Source: Candidatus Hydrogenedentota bacterium (lineage in GTDB: Bacteria; Hydrogenedentota; Hydrogenedentia; Hydrogenedentales; SLHB01). From it: a DNA stretch of 51,469 nt. Under the pieces are notes generated by a model. It saw only the letters and a program-made list of their open reading frames with translations, ran no database searches and had not been told where the DNA came from. Position 1 is the first letter of the stretch; each line of letters starts with the position of its first letter. Below, one piece after another: positions 17,637 through 27,520 of this stretch. The stretch spans positions 16,446 to 67,914 of the forward strand of contig BTVY01000041.1 in NCBI GenBank assembly GCA_045863335.1, in the 5' to 3' direction. Both the position numbers and the translations under genes were made by a program.

Positions 17637-18158
17637 TCAAAACGATTTCCACTGGCGTAGCACCTCGTACAAGACGATGCCGAAAGCCGTGGCCACGTTC
17701 AGGGTATTCTTGTAGCCACCCATCGGAATGCAGACCGTCTTTGCGCACCGGCTCAGGATGTCCGGGGATACGCCGGTAACTTCGTTCCCGAATACGATCC
17801 CAACGGGTTGTGGCCACTCGACGGTCAAATGGGAAACCGCCTCTTTCGACGCTTCCGCGGCGTAACACGGGATCCCCTCCGAATCGAGCCAATCGAGCGC
17901 CTCTTCGGTCCGCCGACGGTAAGTCCAGGGAACGTAATCCGTGGCGCCTAAGGCGGTTTTCGCCAGCTTCAGGTTTGGCGGGTAGGCGGTCATCCCGCAC
18001 AGGTGGATATGCGCGACCGCACCCGCGTCGGCGGTGCGGAAAATCGACCCCACATTGAATGCGCTGCGGATATTATCCAGCACGATGTGAACCGGATTCC
18101 GGGGGATCGGCGGCAGGTCCGTGGGAAGGACCATCCGGTAGTGGGGTTCCAATGGCAA
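17637..18158 (-). CDS. TrmH/SpoU family RNA 2'-O-methyltransferase
   Basis: VLDNIRSAFNVGSIFRTADA, VFGNEVTGV and IPMGGYKNTLNVATA; probable TTG start after GAAGAGG. Confidence 0.9.
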   Translation of the reverse strand: MPLEPHYRMVLPTDLPPIPRNPVHIVLDNIRSAFNVGSIFRTADAGAVAHIHLCGMTAYPPNLKLAKTALGATDYVPWTYRRRTEEALDWLDSEGIPCYAAEASKEAVSHLTVEWPQPVGIVFGNEVTGVSPDILSRCAKTVCIPMGGYKNTLNVATAFGIVLYEVLRQWKSF

Positions 18159-18308
18159 CGCTAACCTCTTCTTCGGGTTGTGTTTCGACAGTCCGGACCG
18201 CCGATGGGCGTGAATCGATCGATCTGCTACACTCTGGTCATTCCGGTCCGGCGGCGCACATGGTAGCACACGCCGATGGTTTCGGCTCCACATCATGTCA
18301 GGGGGCGC

Positions 18309-19328
18309 ATGGGGCTTTTCTCTCCAAAGCTGTCGACGAAGCGCATGGCGCACCTTTGTTACCGGTTGTCATCGCTCACGAAGGGAGGCGTCCCGATCGT
18401 GCGCACGCTGCAGTTGCTGGTGGACGGACCCCATGCGAAGCCTTACCGCGCGATCTTTCTGCCTGTCATCGACTCGCTGCGGACAGGCGATACGCTCGGG
18501 GAAGCCCTGCGTACCCAGTCGAAGTATCTCCCCGTCCTCTTCATTGAAACCGTCGTCGCCGGCGAACTGTCGGGCAAGTTGGATGTGGTTCTCGATGATT
18601 TGACCCGGCACTACGACGAAATGCTGAGCCTGCAGCGGCTTTACATCCGGGGCGCAATGTATCCTCTGATGCTAATTCTCACCGGGGTCGTCATCATACC
18701 GTTTGTTCGGGGATTCGTATTTTCGCCCGACACCCTCGAGGTTTACACCGTCAAATTCCTGTGGCAGTTGCTTCGTCACTATGGGCCCCTGTTCCTGGTC
18801 GTCTGGATCCTGGCCCGGGCCGGAGTGCTCCGTCGAATTACCAACCCGCTCTTTTCCCGGGTGTGGCCAATCGCCGGGTTCTGGAAGCGTTTCGCTTTGG
18901 CCCGGTTTTGCCGTTGCATGGGGATCATGCTCGGTGCCGGCATGGGGGTCCGCCAGAGCATAGAGCGGTCGGCAGCGGTTACCACGCACCCGAAACTGAA
19001 GGAGGAGCTTCGCACGGCGGTACCGCTGGTCCAACAGGGGCACACCCTTGAAGAGGCGCTGAGGGCGACCTTGGCCCTGCCCGAGATGGTGCAGGAGATG
19101 GTGCGTACCGGTGAAGTCTCGGGCAACGATGAGGCGTTGTTTTACAAAGCTGCGGAGTATCTGTACAACGAGGCGAAGTATCCGGCGCATACCATTGGTA
19201 TCGGGCTGACGAGCTACTTGATTCTCGCGTTTTTCCTGCTTTTCGTCGCAGGGATTGTCCTAGGGTCCCTTTGGAGCCAGATTCTGCTCGCGATTCAGAG
19301 TGTGTGGGAGAGCCTCTTTGCAGGTTGA
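18309..19328 (+). CDS. Type II secretion system F / PilC family platform protein (copy 1)
   Basis: Two T2SSF repeats: GVPIVRTL...AGELSGKLD and GMGVRQSI...TGEVSG; TM helices. Confidence 0.88.
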   Translation: MGLFSPKLSTKRMAHLCYRLSSLTKGGVPIVRTLQLLVDGPHAKPYRAIFLPVIDSLRTGDTLGEALRTQSKYLPVLFIETVVAGELSGKLDVVLDDLTRHYDEMLSLQRLYIRGAMYPLMLILTGVVIIPFVRGFVFSPDTLEVYTVKFLWQLLRHYGPLFLVVWILARAGVLRRITNPLFSRVWPIAGFWKRFALARFCRCMGIMLGAGMGVRQSIERSAAVTTHPKLKEELRTAVPLVQQGHTLEEALRATLALPEMVQEMVRTGEVSGNDEALFYKAAEYLYNEAKYPAHTIGIGLTSYLILAFFLLFVAGIVLGSLWSQILLAIQSVWESLFAG

Positions 19329-19434
19329 GATTGGCGATCTCTCGTAAACGTTTGATAGACTGCGTGGAAACCGGGTCTGCCGGGCGAAATCGCCCGTGCT
19401 GCCTGGTTCGGCTGCCACGAGGAACCGGGTAAGC

Positions 19435-20478
19435 ATGGGCTTATTTTCATCCCAAATCTCCTTGAAGAAGGTGGTTCCGCTGTGCCGCCAACTCGCGACC
19501 TCCTACGACGCGGGGATCCCAATCCTGCGCGGGCTCGAGATTGTAGGCCGGCAAAACGGTGACAAGAGAATCCGTCAAGTCATGGCGGAGATGGGCGACT
19601 CCATCAAGAACGGCAGCACCCTGGGTGACGCCGTTCGTGCCCAGCGCCGATACCTGCCGCCGTTCTTTGTGGAGTTGCTCGCCACGGGCGAGACGGGCGG
19701 CAAACTGGACGTCATGCTGCGGGATTTGGCCCAGTACTACGAAGACCGGCTGGAGATGCAGCGCCAGATCGTGCGCTCCATGATTCTTCCGGGAATTCAA
19801 CTGGCAGCGGCCTGGTATATCGGCATGTTTGCCCTCATGCTGATCGGTCGCCTGAGCACGCTCTTCAAGAACGACGGCCGGGGAGGATTCGACCTCATGC
19901 GGTTCTTTTACGAGTACGCCATATTTCAGGCCAAGGCCACGCTCGTGTTTGCGGTAATCTTCGCCGGTTGCGTGGTGCTCTCGCGCATGGGCCTGTTCGG
20001 CTATGTTTGGGGACTCTTTACCACCCATGTGTGGCCCTTGTCGCCGGTGACGCGGCGTTTTGGACTGGCGCGATTTTTCCGCAGCATGTCGCTGCTGCTG
20101 GGTGCGGGCATGCGGGTGGACCATTGCATCATCAACTCCGCGGCTATCACGGCGAACCCGTATATGGAGAAGGATTTGCTGAAAGCCGTCCCGCTTGTGC
20201 GTGAAGGCTATTCCCTGGAGGAAGCGTTCGCGGCGACCCGTTTTCTCACGCCTACGGCGCGCGAAATGGTGGCCATTGGCGAACAGTCCGGGCAACTGGA
20301 ACAGGCATTCCGCAAAGTTTCCGAGTACCACCTCGAAGAAGCGCAGCATGCCGTCGCGATCGCGACGCGCGTGCTCGGCGTTTTGATCATGCTCCTGGTG
20401 GCCGGCGTGGTGGGCTATGTTATTATTTCGTTCTATATGATGTATTTCGGCATGGTAGGAGATTTGTTGGATGGATGA
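19435..20478 (+). CDS. Type II secretion system F / PilC family platform protein (copy 2)
   Basis: AGIPILRGL...TGETGGKLD and ...IGEQSGQLE; shares the MGLFS N-terminus with copy 1. Confidence 0.9.
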   Translation: MGLFSSQISLKKVVPLCRQLATSYDAGIPILRGLEIVGRQNGDKRIRQVMAEMGDSIKNGSTLGDAVRAQRRYLPPFFVELLATGETGGKLDVMLRDLAQYYEDRLEMQRQIVRSMILPGIQLAAAWYIGMFALMLIGRLSTLFKNDGRGGFDLMRFFYEYAIFQAKATLVFAVIFAGCVVLSRMGLFGYVWGLFTTHVWPLSPVTRRFGLARFFRSMSLLLGAGMRVDHCIINSAAITANPYMEKDLLKAVPLVREGYSLEEAFAATRFLTPTAREMVAIGEQSGQLEQAFRKVSEYHLEEAQHAVAIATRVLGVLIMLLVAGVVGYVIISFYMMYFGMVGDLLDG

Positions 20479-21010
20479 GTTGGACGATCTGCCAGAACCC
20501 AAGGATCGAACGAAGGTAATCTGGGCAATTGTCGTGGGCCTTTTCGTCATTATGCTTGTTGCGATTTGGTGGGCCGGGCGAATCAGCCCGAATCAGTCCG
20601 TAGTTCGGCTCAAGCATATCTTGATCGCGGCCAACCACAGCGACCCGGCGGATCGGGCGCGGGCGCGCGAGCTGATTCAGGAATTGCGCGAACGCATCGT
20701 GAAAGGGGAGGATTTCGGCGCGATTGCGGAGGAATACTCCAACGACCCCGGGAGCGCTTCACGAGGCGGCGATTTGGGATACCTGCACAAGGGCGAGCTG
20801 GTGAAAGAAATGGAAGAGTTCGCGTGGCAGGCCCCTATCGGCGAATTGAGCGATGTCATACAAACCAGCTACGGCTTTCACATCGCCATTGTGAATGACC
20901 GCCACATTTCCGATATCGATCGTCTCAAGATGAAAGAGAATCAGGAGTCGCAGGAACAGCCTGCTCGCGCCACGGAGGCCGCAACAGCCACCGGGGAGCC
21001 GACCGGGTAA
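20471..21010 (+). CDS. Membrane-anchored parvulin-type peptidyl-prolyl isomerase
   Basis: TM helix, then HILI, FGAIAEEYSNDPGSASRGGDLG and IQTSYGFHI. Confidence 0.92.
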   Translation: MDELDDLPEPKDRTKVIWAIVVGLFVIMLVAIWWAGRISPNQSVVRLKHILIAANHSDPADRARARELIQELRERIVKGEDFGAIAEEYSNDPGSASRGGDLGYLHKGELVKEMEEFAWQAPIGELSDVIQTSYGFHIAIVNDRHISDIDRLKMKENQESQEQPARATEAATATGEPTG

Positions 21011-21110
21011 TCGTCCACTCCCTATCGTCATCTCGTTTTTAACGTCGCATGAACGTCGCGTTGGCAATGTGCTCGCAAGCTGGTCACCGCACAAGGAGCA
21101 ACTGAATTCC

Positions 21111-22808
21111 GTGGATCCCTTTCAATCACTGGCGGAGCCGATTCTAAAGGCGTTCCCGGCGCTCGCGCCTGAAGATCTTACTTTTGCGCCGCCCCCGAAT
21201 CTTGAAATGGGGGACTTGGCGCTTCGCACCTTCGAGGCCGCGCGCAAACTGAAACTGCCGCCGCCCCAACTTGCGGCGCGTCTGGCAAGTGAAATTCCTT
21301 TCGGACCCGAAGTGGCGGAAGCTTTCACCGCCGGACCCTATGTTAATTTCCGACTGAATCGAGACAGCTTCGCGCGTCGGATTGTCGGCGAAGTGCTTTC
21401 GTCCGGCCCCCAATACGGCAGCAACGGAACCGGCGCGGGCCGCAGGGCCTTGGTCGAGCACACGAGCATCAATCCGAATGCGAGCCCTCACGTGGGACGC
21501 GCCCGGAACGCCATGATTGGCGACAGCCTCGTCCGTCTGCTCCGCTTCGAGCAATACGACGTGGAGACGCATTATTACGTGAACGACATCGGCCGTCAGA
21601 TCGCGTTGCTCGTGCTGTCGTGCGAACATCCCGAGACGTTGACATTTGACGACATGTTGCGCGTTTACACCGAAGCCAACGCGCGCGCCGAGGCGGAGCC
21701 GGATTTCGCGGCGCAAGGGTTCGAGCTGCTGGCACGCATCGAGCAGGGCGATCCCGCGGTGCGCGAACGGTTTCATGCCGTCACCGAACTTTGCTTGCAG
21801 GGGCAGTTGTCCGTGTTGGCGCGGCTCGGCATCACATACGATCGGTTCGATCGCGAGTCCGATTTCGTTAAGGATCCGCGCCTGCAAGAAATCCTGGACG
21901 CCTTAGGGAGGAAGGACGCGGTATTCACCGATGAAGAAGGCCGTCTGACCGCCGATTTGTCGAGGATCGGGCATCCCTACGAGGAAGGCCGGTACGTGGC
22001 GCTCCTCCGTTCCAACGGCAGTTCCATGTACGGCTACCGCGACATCGCCTACACCATCGCCAAGATGGACCGGGGCGCGGATTTGAACCTCATTGTGCTG
22101 GGGGAAGATCACCGCCTGTACATGCAACAGATCGCGCTGATCCTGGCCGCCGCGGGAAAGGGCGCGCCCGAACCGATTTACTATTCGTACATCCTGCTCA
22201 AGGAGGGCAAGATGTCGACCCGGCAGGGGAAGGTGGTGTTGTTGTCCGAGTTCCTGGATGAGGCCACCGCGCGCGCGGCGGAGAAGGTCGAGGAACAATG
22301 CAAAGACCTGCCAGCCGACGAGCGCAAGGCGATTGCCGCTCAGGTCGCGGTCGCGGCAATCCGCTTCGCGATTCTTCGCGTGGGTTCAAACAAGAACGTA
22401 ATATTCGATTGGGATACGAGCCTGTCGTTCACGGGTGATACCGGCCCCTACGTGCAGTACTCGTGTGCGCGGATTTCATCAATCCTGCGGAAGCTGGGCA
22501 GCCCGATTTCTGAGTCGCCTGGCGAACAGTTCCCCGTTGAAACCGCTTCGGAATGGGCGCTGCTTACGAAGCTCGCGTCGTTTCCCGACACGGTCGCGCT
22601 TGGCGTGAACCAACGGAGCGTGGCGCCCATCGCGCAATTCGCGCTGGAAACGGCGCGCCTGTTTACCACGTTCTATCACGAGTGTCCCGTCATCGACGCC
22701 CCCAGTGACGCGCACCGCATCGCGCGCGCGCAAATCTGTGCCGCAACGCGCCGCGTCCTGCAAAACGCACTTGCGCTGCTCGGTATCGAAGCCCTGGAGC
22801 GTATGTAA
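21111..22808 (+). CDS. argS: Arginine--tRNA ligase
   Basis: GPYVNF, EHTSINPNASPHVGRARN (HIGH equivalent), YVNDIGRQ, KMSTRQG, GPYVQY and C-terminal LGIEALERM; GTG start after AAGGAG. Confidence 0.96.
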   Translation: MDPFQSLAEPILKAFPALAPEDLTFAPPPNLEMGDLALRTFEAARKLKLPPPQLAARLASEIPFGPEVAEAFTAGPYVNFRLNRDSFARRIVGEVLSSGPQYGSNGTGAGRRALVEHTSINPNASPHVGRARNAMIGDSLVRLLRFEQYDVETHYYVNDIGRQIALLVLSCEHPETLTFDDMLRVYTEANARAEAEPDFAAQGFELLARIEQGDPAVRERFHAVTELCLQGQLSVLARLGITYDRFDRESDFVKDPRLQEILDALGRKDAVFTDEEGRLTADLSRIGHPYEEGRYVALLRSNGSSMYGYRDIAYTIAKMDRGADLNLIVLGEDHRLYMQQIALILAAAGKGAPEPIYYSYILLKEGKMSTRQGKVVLLSEFLDEATARAAEKVEEQCKDLPADERKAIAAQVAVAAIRFAILRVGSNKNVIFDWDTSLSFTGDTGPYVQYSCARISSILRKLGSPISESPGEQFPVETASEWALLTKLASFPDTVALGVNQRSVAPIAQFALETARLFTTFYHECPVIDAPSDAHRIARAQICAATRRVLQNALALLGIEALERM

Positions 22809-22823
22809 GCCTCATCGGTGCGG

Positions 22824-23741
22824 CTAGGGCAACAATCGGGACAGGGGGGTCAGGGTGTAGTCGGAGACGATGGCGGACCCTTCCGTTGTTTTCGTCCCTT
22901 CGAACGTCACGTTGTACGCTTCTTCGAGACTCAACGAAAGCTGACTCAGCAGCCCGCCGATGAGAAAACTTGTCGCGGTGATTTCTCCCGGTTCCGCATC
23001 GGGCACGCAATTCACGATCATCGTGATGGCCATGGTTTCCGGGTCCGTGAGATCGGCAACGACCCGTACGTCCGCAACGGTCATCAGGCTTTTCGCGACA
23101 TCCATGAGCGACACCGGCAATACGATCTGACCCTTCGCATGAAGGGTCGCGATCAGGGCAAAGAGCGCGCCATCCCGGTTGTCGATGACGGCTTCCAAGA
23201 GATGACCGCCTTCGACGCGAGGCCGGCTCAATTGGGAATCGACCGTCCAATGCGTGCGTACGCTGTCGATTACGTTTTGCTCGAGTTCCGTCGTGCCGTG
23301 CCAGACCAGGCTGCCGCGTTCGGTGGTCGTGAACCGGTCCGACTCCCACGTGATGAAGGGGTAGGCGCCCGAGATTGCGAGTTGGGAAGACGCCTCCACG
23401 ATGGCTGGCCCAAGCCGGCGATCGTTGCAAAACAAATCGATGTCAATCGCCGCGGTATCGAGATGGGGGGTGATGAGGAGCGCGACTTCGTAGGGCAGGG
23501 CGCGCTCCATGACCCAATCGGACGGGGCGTTGTCCTGCAATACGGATTTGATAATACCCTTGGCCAGCGGCGGTTCCGCAACGATGCGGATGCTCGTGTC
23601 AGGTTGTGCAAGCATTTCGTGGGAGACGCGGGGTGCGTCCCGCAAGAACTGATATTTGCTATCCGCAATCAACACGGCGGCCAGAACCGCCACAACTGCA
23701 AAGACGACGACCGCAAGAAGAATCTTCACCCAAGTCTTCAC
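22824..23741 (-). CDS. Hypothetical protein with N-terminal membrane anchor
   Basis: GTG start, KTWVKILLAVVVFAVVAVLAAVLIA TM segment; long ORF filling the gap; no motif recognised. Confidence 0.7.
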   Translation of the reverse strand: MKTWVKILLAVVVFAVVAVLAAVLIADSKYQFLRDAPRVSHEMLAQPDTSIRIVAEPPLAKGIIKSVLQDNAPSDWVMERALPYEVALLITPHLDTAAIDIDLFCNDRRLGPAIVEASSQLAISGAYPFITWESDRFTTTERGSLVWHGTTELEQNVIDSVRTHWTVDSQLSRPRVEGGHLLEAVIDNRDGALFALIATLHAKGQIVLPVSLMDVAKSLMTVADVRVVADLTDPETMAITMIVNCVPDAEPGEITATSFLIGGLLSQLSLSLEEAYNVTFEGTKTTEGSAIVSDYTLTPLSRLLP

Positions 23742-23840
23742 CGCACACGCTCCATTCGTGAATTGTGCCAATCCCGTATGCTAGGAAGCTTGGCGCGGCA
23801 AAGTCAATGAACGAGCACCCCAGGGACTTTCGACGGTCCC

Positions 23841-24896
23841 CTAGCGAAATGCCGAGCGCTGAAACGATATGTAGCTTGATCCCATGGGGACGCCGAAACG
23901 GCGCCGTTCGCCGTGCTCGGCAAGAACCGTCGCGCGGATTCGATAGCCCAGGTCTGCCGGCGAGTGGCCGATAGTCTGCTCTTGGAGCGCTGCCGCCGCG
24001 GCGTCCGCGAGACGCGCATCATCGACACGGGATGCCGCAGCCGCCCACCAGTAGAGCTGCGCAGGCGTACAGGCTTCGAGTTCGGGGTACTTTGCTTCAA
24101 TCTCGCGTAGGGTCTGCTTTGCTTCCCGCTCGCTCGCGGGTCCGCACGCCACGGCGGCCAGATTGGCCAAGCCGGCCGTGTTGAAAGCGTTCGCACCTTC
24201 GGGCCATTCGACGGTACTCGACCGGGACTTGCCCCAGGCGTACAGGCCGTTTTCTTCCCGCATGCGATCGAAGGCTTGCTCGATGCCGCGCCGGGCGTAA
24301 TGAATTTCCGTGTTCCAACTGTAATCCCGCAGGCTCCGTGCGATCTGGCGGGCCTGCCAAAGCCCCTCGTACGCTTCGGCGTTATGGAAGGTCAGCTTGT
24401 AGGGGGCGTCGGCGTTCGCGTAGAGCAGACCGTCCGGTTGCACCGCGCCGGCGATGTGTTCGTAGACCTTCCAGAGTTTGCTTTGCTCCCGAAGCAGGAA
24501 GTAGCGATCGTCCGTGAGGATTCGCCGCATGTTCGCGCATTGAAGAAACGAGGCCGCCGTGGGCACGTCCCATTCCGGCGGTTCGACTGGGCGATAATCC
24601 GACGCCGTTCCACGGTACTCCGGAATTCGCCCTTGCACGTCCACGCGTTCCAGGCACCAGTCCACCCACGCGTTCGCAGCGCTCAAGTACCTTTCATCGC
24701 CTGTGACGCGATATGCCTCATACAGACCGGCTGCGGCCTGATTTCCCGCATAAGGCACAATGGCCACTTCGTCGCCGGAGCGGGCATGGACGATAGCGCC
24801 GTCTGGAAGTTGAAACGCCACGATAGCGTCGGCGTCTGCACGAATGGTTGCGTCGGCGGAAGCAGCCATTGCCAAAAGTCCTACCACAAACAACAT
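23841..24896 (-). CDS. Secreted (alpha/alpha)-barrel glycosidase-like hypothetical protein
   Basis: AGGAG RBS; signal peptide; LYEAYRVTGDERYLSAA helix-hairpin signature of six-hairpin glycosidase-like folds. Confidence 0.65.
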   Translation of the reverse strand: MLFVVGLLAMAASADATIRADADAIVAFQLPDGAIVHARSGDEVAIVPYAGNQAAAGLYEAYRVTGDERYLSAANAWVDWCLERVDVQGRIPEYRGTASDYRPVEPPEWDVPTAASFLQCANMRRILTDDRYFLLREQSKLWKVYEHIAGAVQPDGLLYANADAPYKLTFHNAEAYEGLWQARQIARSLRDYSWNTEIHYARRGIEQAFDRMREENGLYAWGKSRSSTVEWPEGANAFNTAGLANLAAVACGPASEREAKQTLREIEAKYPELEACTPAQLYWWAAAASRVDDARLADAAAAALQEQTIGHSPADLGYRIRATVLAEHGERRRFGVPMGSSYISFQRSAFR

Positions 24897-24944
24897 GGCA
24901 CATCTCCTGTGAAAGGTCGGCCCGGAAGGCGCCACTCTGCGAAC

Positions 24945-26216
24945 TCAGCCCACCGGAGCGGGCTCCGGCGGTACGATGTCGAAGCGCTGTTCCGCAGGTT
25001 CCATTGAATCAACGACCACGATCCCGTTGGCGGTGACGTGAAATCGCTTGGCGTCCTCACGCGCATCATACCCGATTACGGTGTTCTCGGGGATATTCAC
25101 GTTCTTCTCGATAATGGCGCGGCGAATTCGCGAGTTTCTGCCAATGTTGCAGCCGGGAAGCAGGATGCTCTCTTCGACGTGCGAGTAGCTGTTGACGCGC
25201 ACGTCCGGCGAAAGCACGCTTCGCTTCACAAGGCCACCGCTAACGACGCATCCCGGACTCACGATGGAGTCCAGGGCGGCGCCGTATCGCACGCCTTCGT
25301 TGGCGAAAACGAATTTGGCTGGCGGCAGATCGAGCGTGCGCGTGCGAATCGGCCACTTTCGGTCGTAGAGGTTAAAGAATGGATCCACATCCACCAGATC
25401 CATGTTCGCTTCCCAATACGAGTCCAGGGTTCCCACGTCGCGCCAATACTGGGCTTCCTTCTTGTTTTCGTCGCGGAACATGTAGGCGAATACGCGGTGT
25501 GTTCCGATCATTTTGGGGATGACGTCCTTCCCGAAATCATGGGAAGACACCTGTTTGGCATCGTCCAGACAGGCGCGTTTCAGCGCATCGGTATTGAAAA
25601 CATAAACGCCCATGGAGGCCAGGGCCGTGCTGGGCCGATCCGGCATCGCGCTGGGGTTGGCGGGTTTTTCCTCAAATCCGATGACCCGGGCGTCGTAGTC
25701 TACGGCCAGCACGCCAAAGCGGCTGGCCTGTGCGATCGGCATCTCGATGGCCGCGACCGTCATGTCCGCTTTGTTCTGCTGGTGAAATGAGATCATCGGC
25801 CCGTAATCCATCTTGTAGATGTGGTCCCCCGATAAGACCAGCACGTACTTGGGGTCCACGCGTTCGATGGAGTACAGGTTCTGATAGATGGCATCCGCGG
25901 TGCCCTGATACCAGTCTTCACCCACCCGTTTCTGCGCCGGGATCACCTCGACGTACTCGTCCAACTCAGGACTCAAGATATTCCAACCGGTGCGAATGTG
26001 GCGGGACAGCGATAACGACTTGTACTGAACGAGAACCATGATCTTGCGGCACTGCGAATTAATGCAATTCGACAAGGTGAAATCGACGAGCCGGTAAATG
26101 CCGCCGAAATGAACCGCCGGTTTGGCGCGGTCTTTGGTGAGCGGATACAAGCGTTCGCCGACCCCGCCGGCGAGCACGACCGCCAACACTTCGCGCATGT
26201 CTCGTAGTCCGTGCAT
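24945..26216 (-). CDS. glgC: Glucose-1-phosphate adenylyltransferase
   Basis: VLAGGVGERLYPLTKDRAKPAVHFGG, WYQGTADA, GDHIYKMDY, ASMGVYVF, DFGKD and YWRDVGT. Confidence 0.97.
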   Translation of the reverse strand: MHGLRDMREVLAVVLAGGVGERLYPLTKDRAKPAVHFGGIYRLVDFTLSNCINSQCRKIMVLVQYKSLSLSRHIRTGWNILSPELDEYVEVIPAQKRVGEDWYQGTADAIYQNLYSIERVDPKYVLVLSGDHIYKMDYGPMISFHQQNKADMTVAAIEMPIAQASRFGVLAVDYDARVIGFEEKPANPSAMPDRPSTALASMGVYVFNTDALKRACLDDAKQVSSHDFGKDVIPKMIGTHRVFAYMFRDENKKEAQYWRDVGTLDSYWEANMDLVDVDPFFNLYDRKWPIRTRTLDLPPAKFVFANEGVRYGAALDSIVSPGCVVSGGLVKRSVLSPDVRVNSYSHVEESILLPGCNIGRNSRIRRAIIEKNVNIPENTVIGYDAREDAKRFHVTANGIVVVDSMEPAEQRFDIVPPEPAPVG

Positions 26217-26217
26217 G

Positions 26218-26847
26218 CTACTCCTTTACGCCCACGAAGGCGCGACAGGGTGAACCGTCAGCATCGATCAATGGAAGCGGTAACACGACGAACGCGTGCG
26301 TTCCCGCGGGAATGTGCTGAAGGCGAAGGCCTTCCACGATAAACACGTTTGCCTGAAGCAAGATATGGTGAGTGTCCTGTCCAGGTTGTTTGTACGGAGC
26401 CACAGACAGGTAGTCGACGCCGACCAGCCGCACCCCGTCATCGACCATTCGTTGTGCCGCGTCGGGTTCCACGGCGACATACGAGGTAAGAAAAGCATCT
26501 TCTGCTGGATAGTCCGAGTTGTTCGTTTTCAACAGAATGCGGGGGGGAAGCGGGTCGCTGCCCAGGTCTTCCGCGCGGATCGTCTCCCGATTGGGCAAAT
26601 CGATTACGAGGGCATCACCGAAGAACACGCCCGTGTCCACTTGGTGGAGCCGGTCGCCGCCGTCTTCAAAGTGCCAGGGCGCATCCACGTGGGTGCCGGT
26701 ATGGGTGCTCAAAGTCAGGGTGGAAACGTTACACCCGGCGCCTTCGGCAATTCGTGAAGCCGGCCGAAGCGAAAACTCGGTATCCCCCGGCCACACGGTC
26801 ATGCCTTGACGCATGGGAATGCTCACGTCTATCCACTTTACATCCAT
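26218..26847 (-). CDS. Cyclase family metal-dependent hydrolase (kynurenine formamidase-like)
   Basis: HTGTHVDAPWH, GVDYLSV and DGSPCRA. Confidence 0.9.
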   Translation of the reverse strand: MDVKWIDVSIPMRQGMTVWPGDTEFSLRPASRIAEGAGCNVSTLTLSTHTGTHVDAPWHFEDGGDRLHQVDTGVFFGDALVIDLPNRETIRAEDLGSDPLPPRILLKTNNSDYPAEDAFLTSYVAVEPDAAQRMVDDGVRLVGVDYLSVAPYKQPGQDTHHILLQANVFIVEGLRLQHIPAGTHAFVVLPLPLIDADGSPCRAFVGVKE

Positions 26848-27137
26848 CCGGAATCCCCGATTACGACTGTCAAAGTTCACCGGTGTCAGGAGTAGAATCG
26901 ACCGCATCGCAGCAAAATGGTGGACCCATTATACACCCCAATACCGCCGGTGCGATATGGGGTTCTGCCTCATTGCCGTCGGTTGTCGAGACCCCGTCGT
27001 GGAACCGAAACCTCCCCCCGTTCCATCTTCTCTTCAACTATCTCATATTTCATGGTTTATCGCAACCCGCAAATTCCGGTTTTCGCTGTCCGGCCCGGCA
27101 GGGTGGCACGGTTGGAAGTCTCGAGCGTGGTTGACGT

Positions 27138-27518
27138 TCAAGGCGGAGGACCCTTCTCCATCTGCTCAACTTTGTGGGCGAGGAGCGCGACTTCCTGGGT
27201 CAGTTCGCGATTGCGTTCCGCCAATCGGGAAATGACGATGGTGAAACACAGTACCAGCGCCAAGGTGAACGCGAAGTACATGGCAAAGAGCACGGTCAGG
27301 TACTGGAAATTGAAGAGGTGGGCGAGCCAGGTGATGATTCCGGGAAACGCGCCTACCAAGAGGCTGAGCCCAGCGGTGGCAAGCCAAAGGAGCGCATAGC
27401 GCTCTTTCAGATACCCGCGGCGCACCAGTTCGAGGACCACGGCCAAGAGCAGAACGCTGAGCCCCAGGATACCGAGCCGGTGGGCCGTTTGAATTCCGGT
27501 TTGGGTATAGCCATCCAT
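27138..27518 (-). CDS. DUF2304 family membrane protein
   Basis: LVRRGYLKERYALLW...ISRL...LTQEVALL; directly downstream of a DPM1-like GT2. Confidence 0.85.
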   Translation of the reverse strand: MDGYTQTGIQTAHRLGILGLSVLLLAVVLELVRRGYLKERYALLWLATAGLSLLVGAFPGIITWLAHLFNFQYLTVLFAMYFAFTLALVLCFTIVISRLAERNRELTQEVALLAHKVEQMEKGPPP

Positions 27519-27520
27519 GC

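Noticed and set aside
21062-21076. Sigma-54 -24/-12-like TGGCAATGTGCTCGC upstream of argS
   Set aside because: Imperfect match, expected by chance in GC-rich DNA, and implausible for a housekeeping synthetase.
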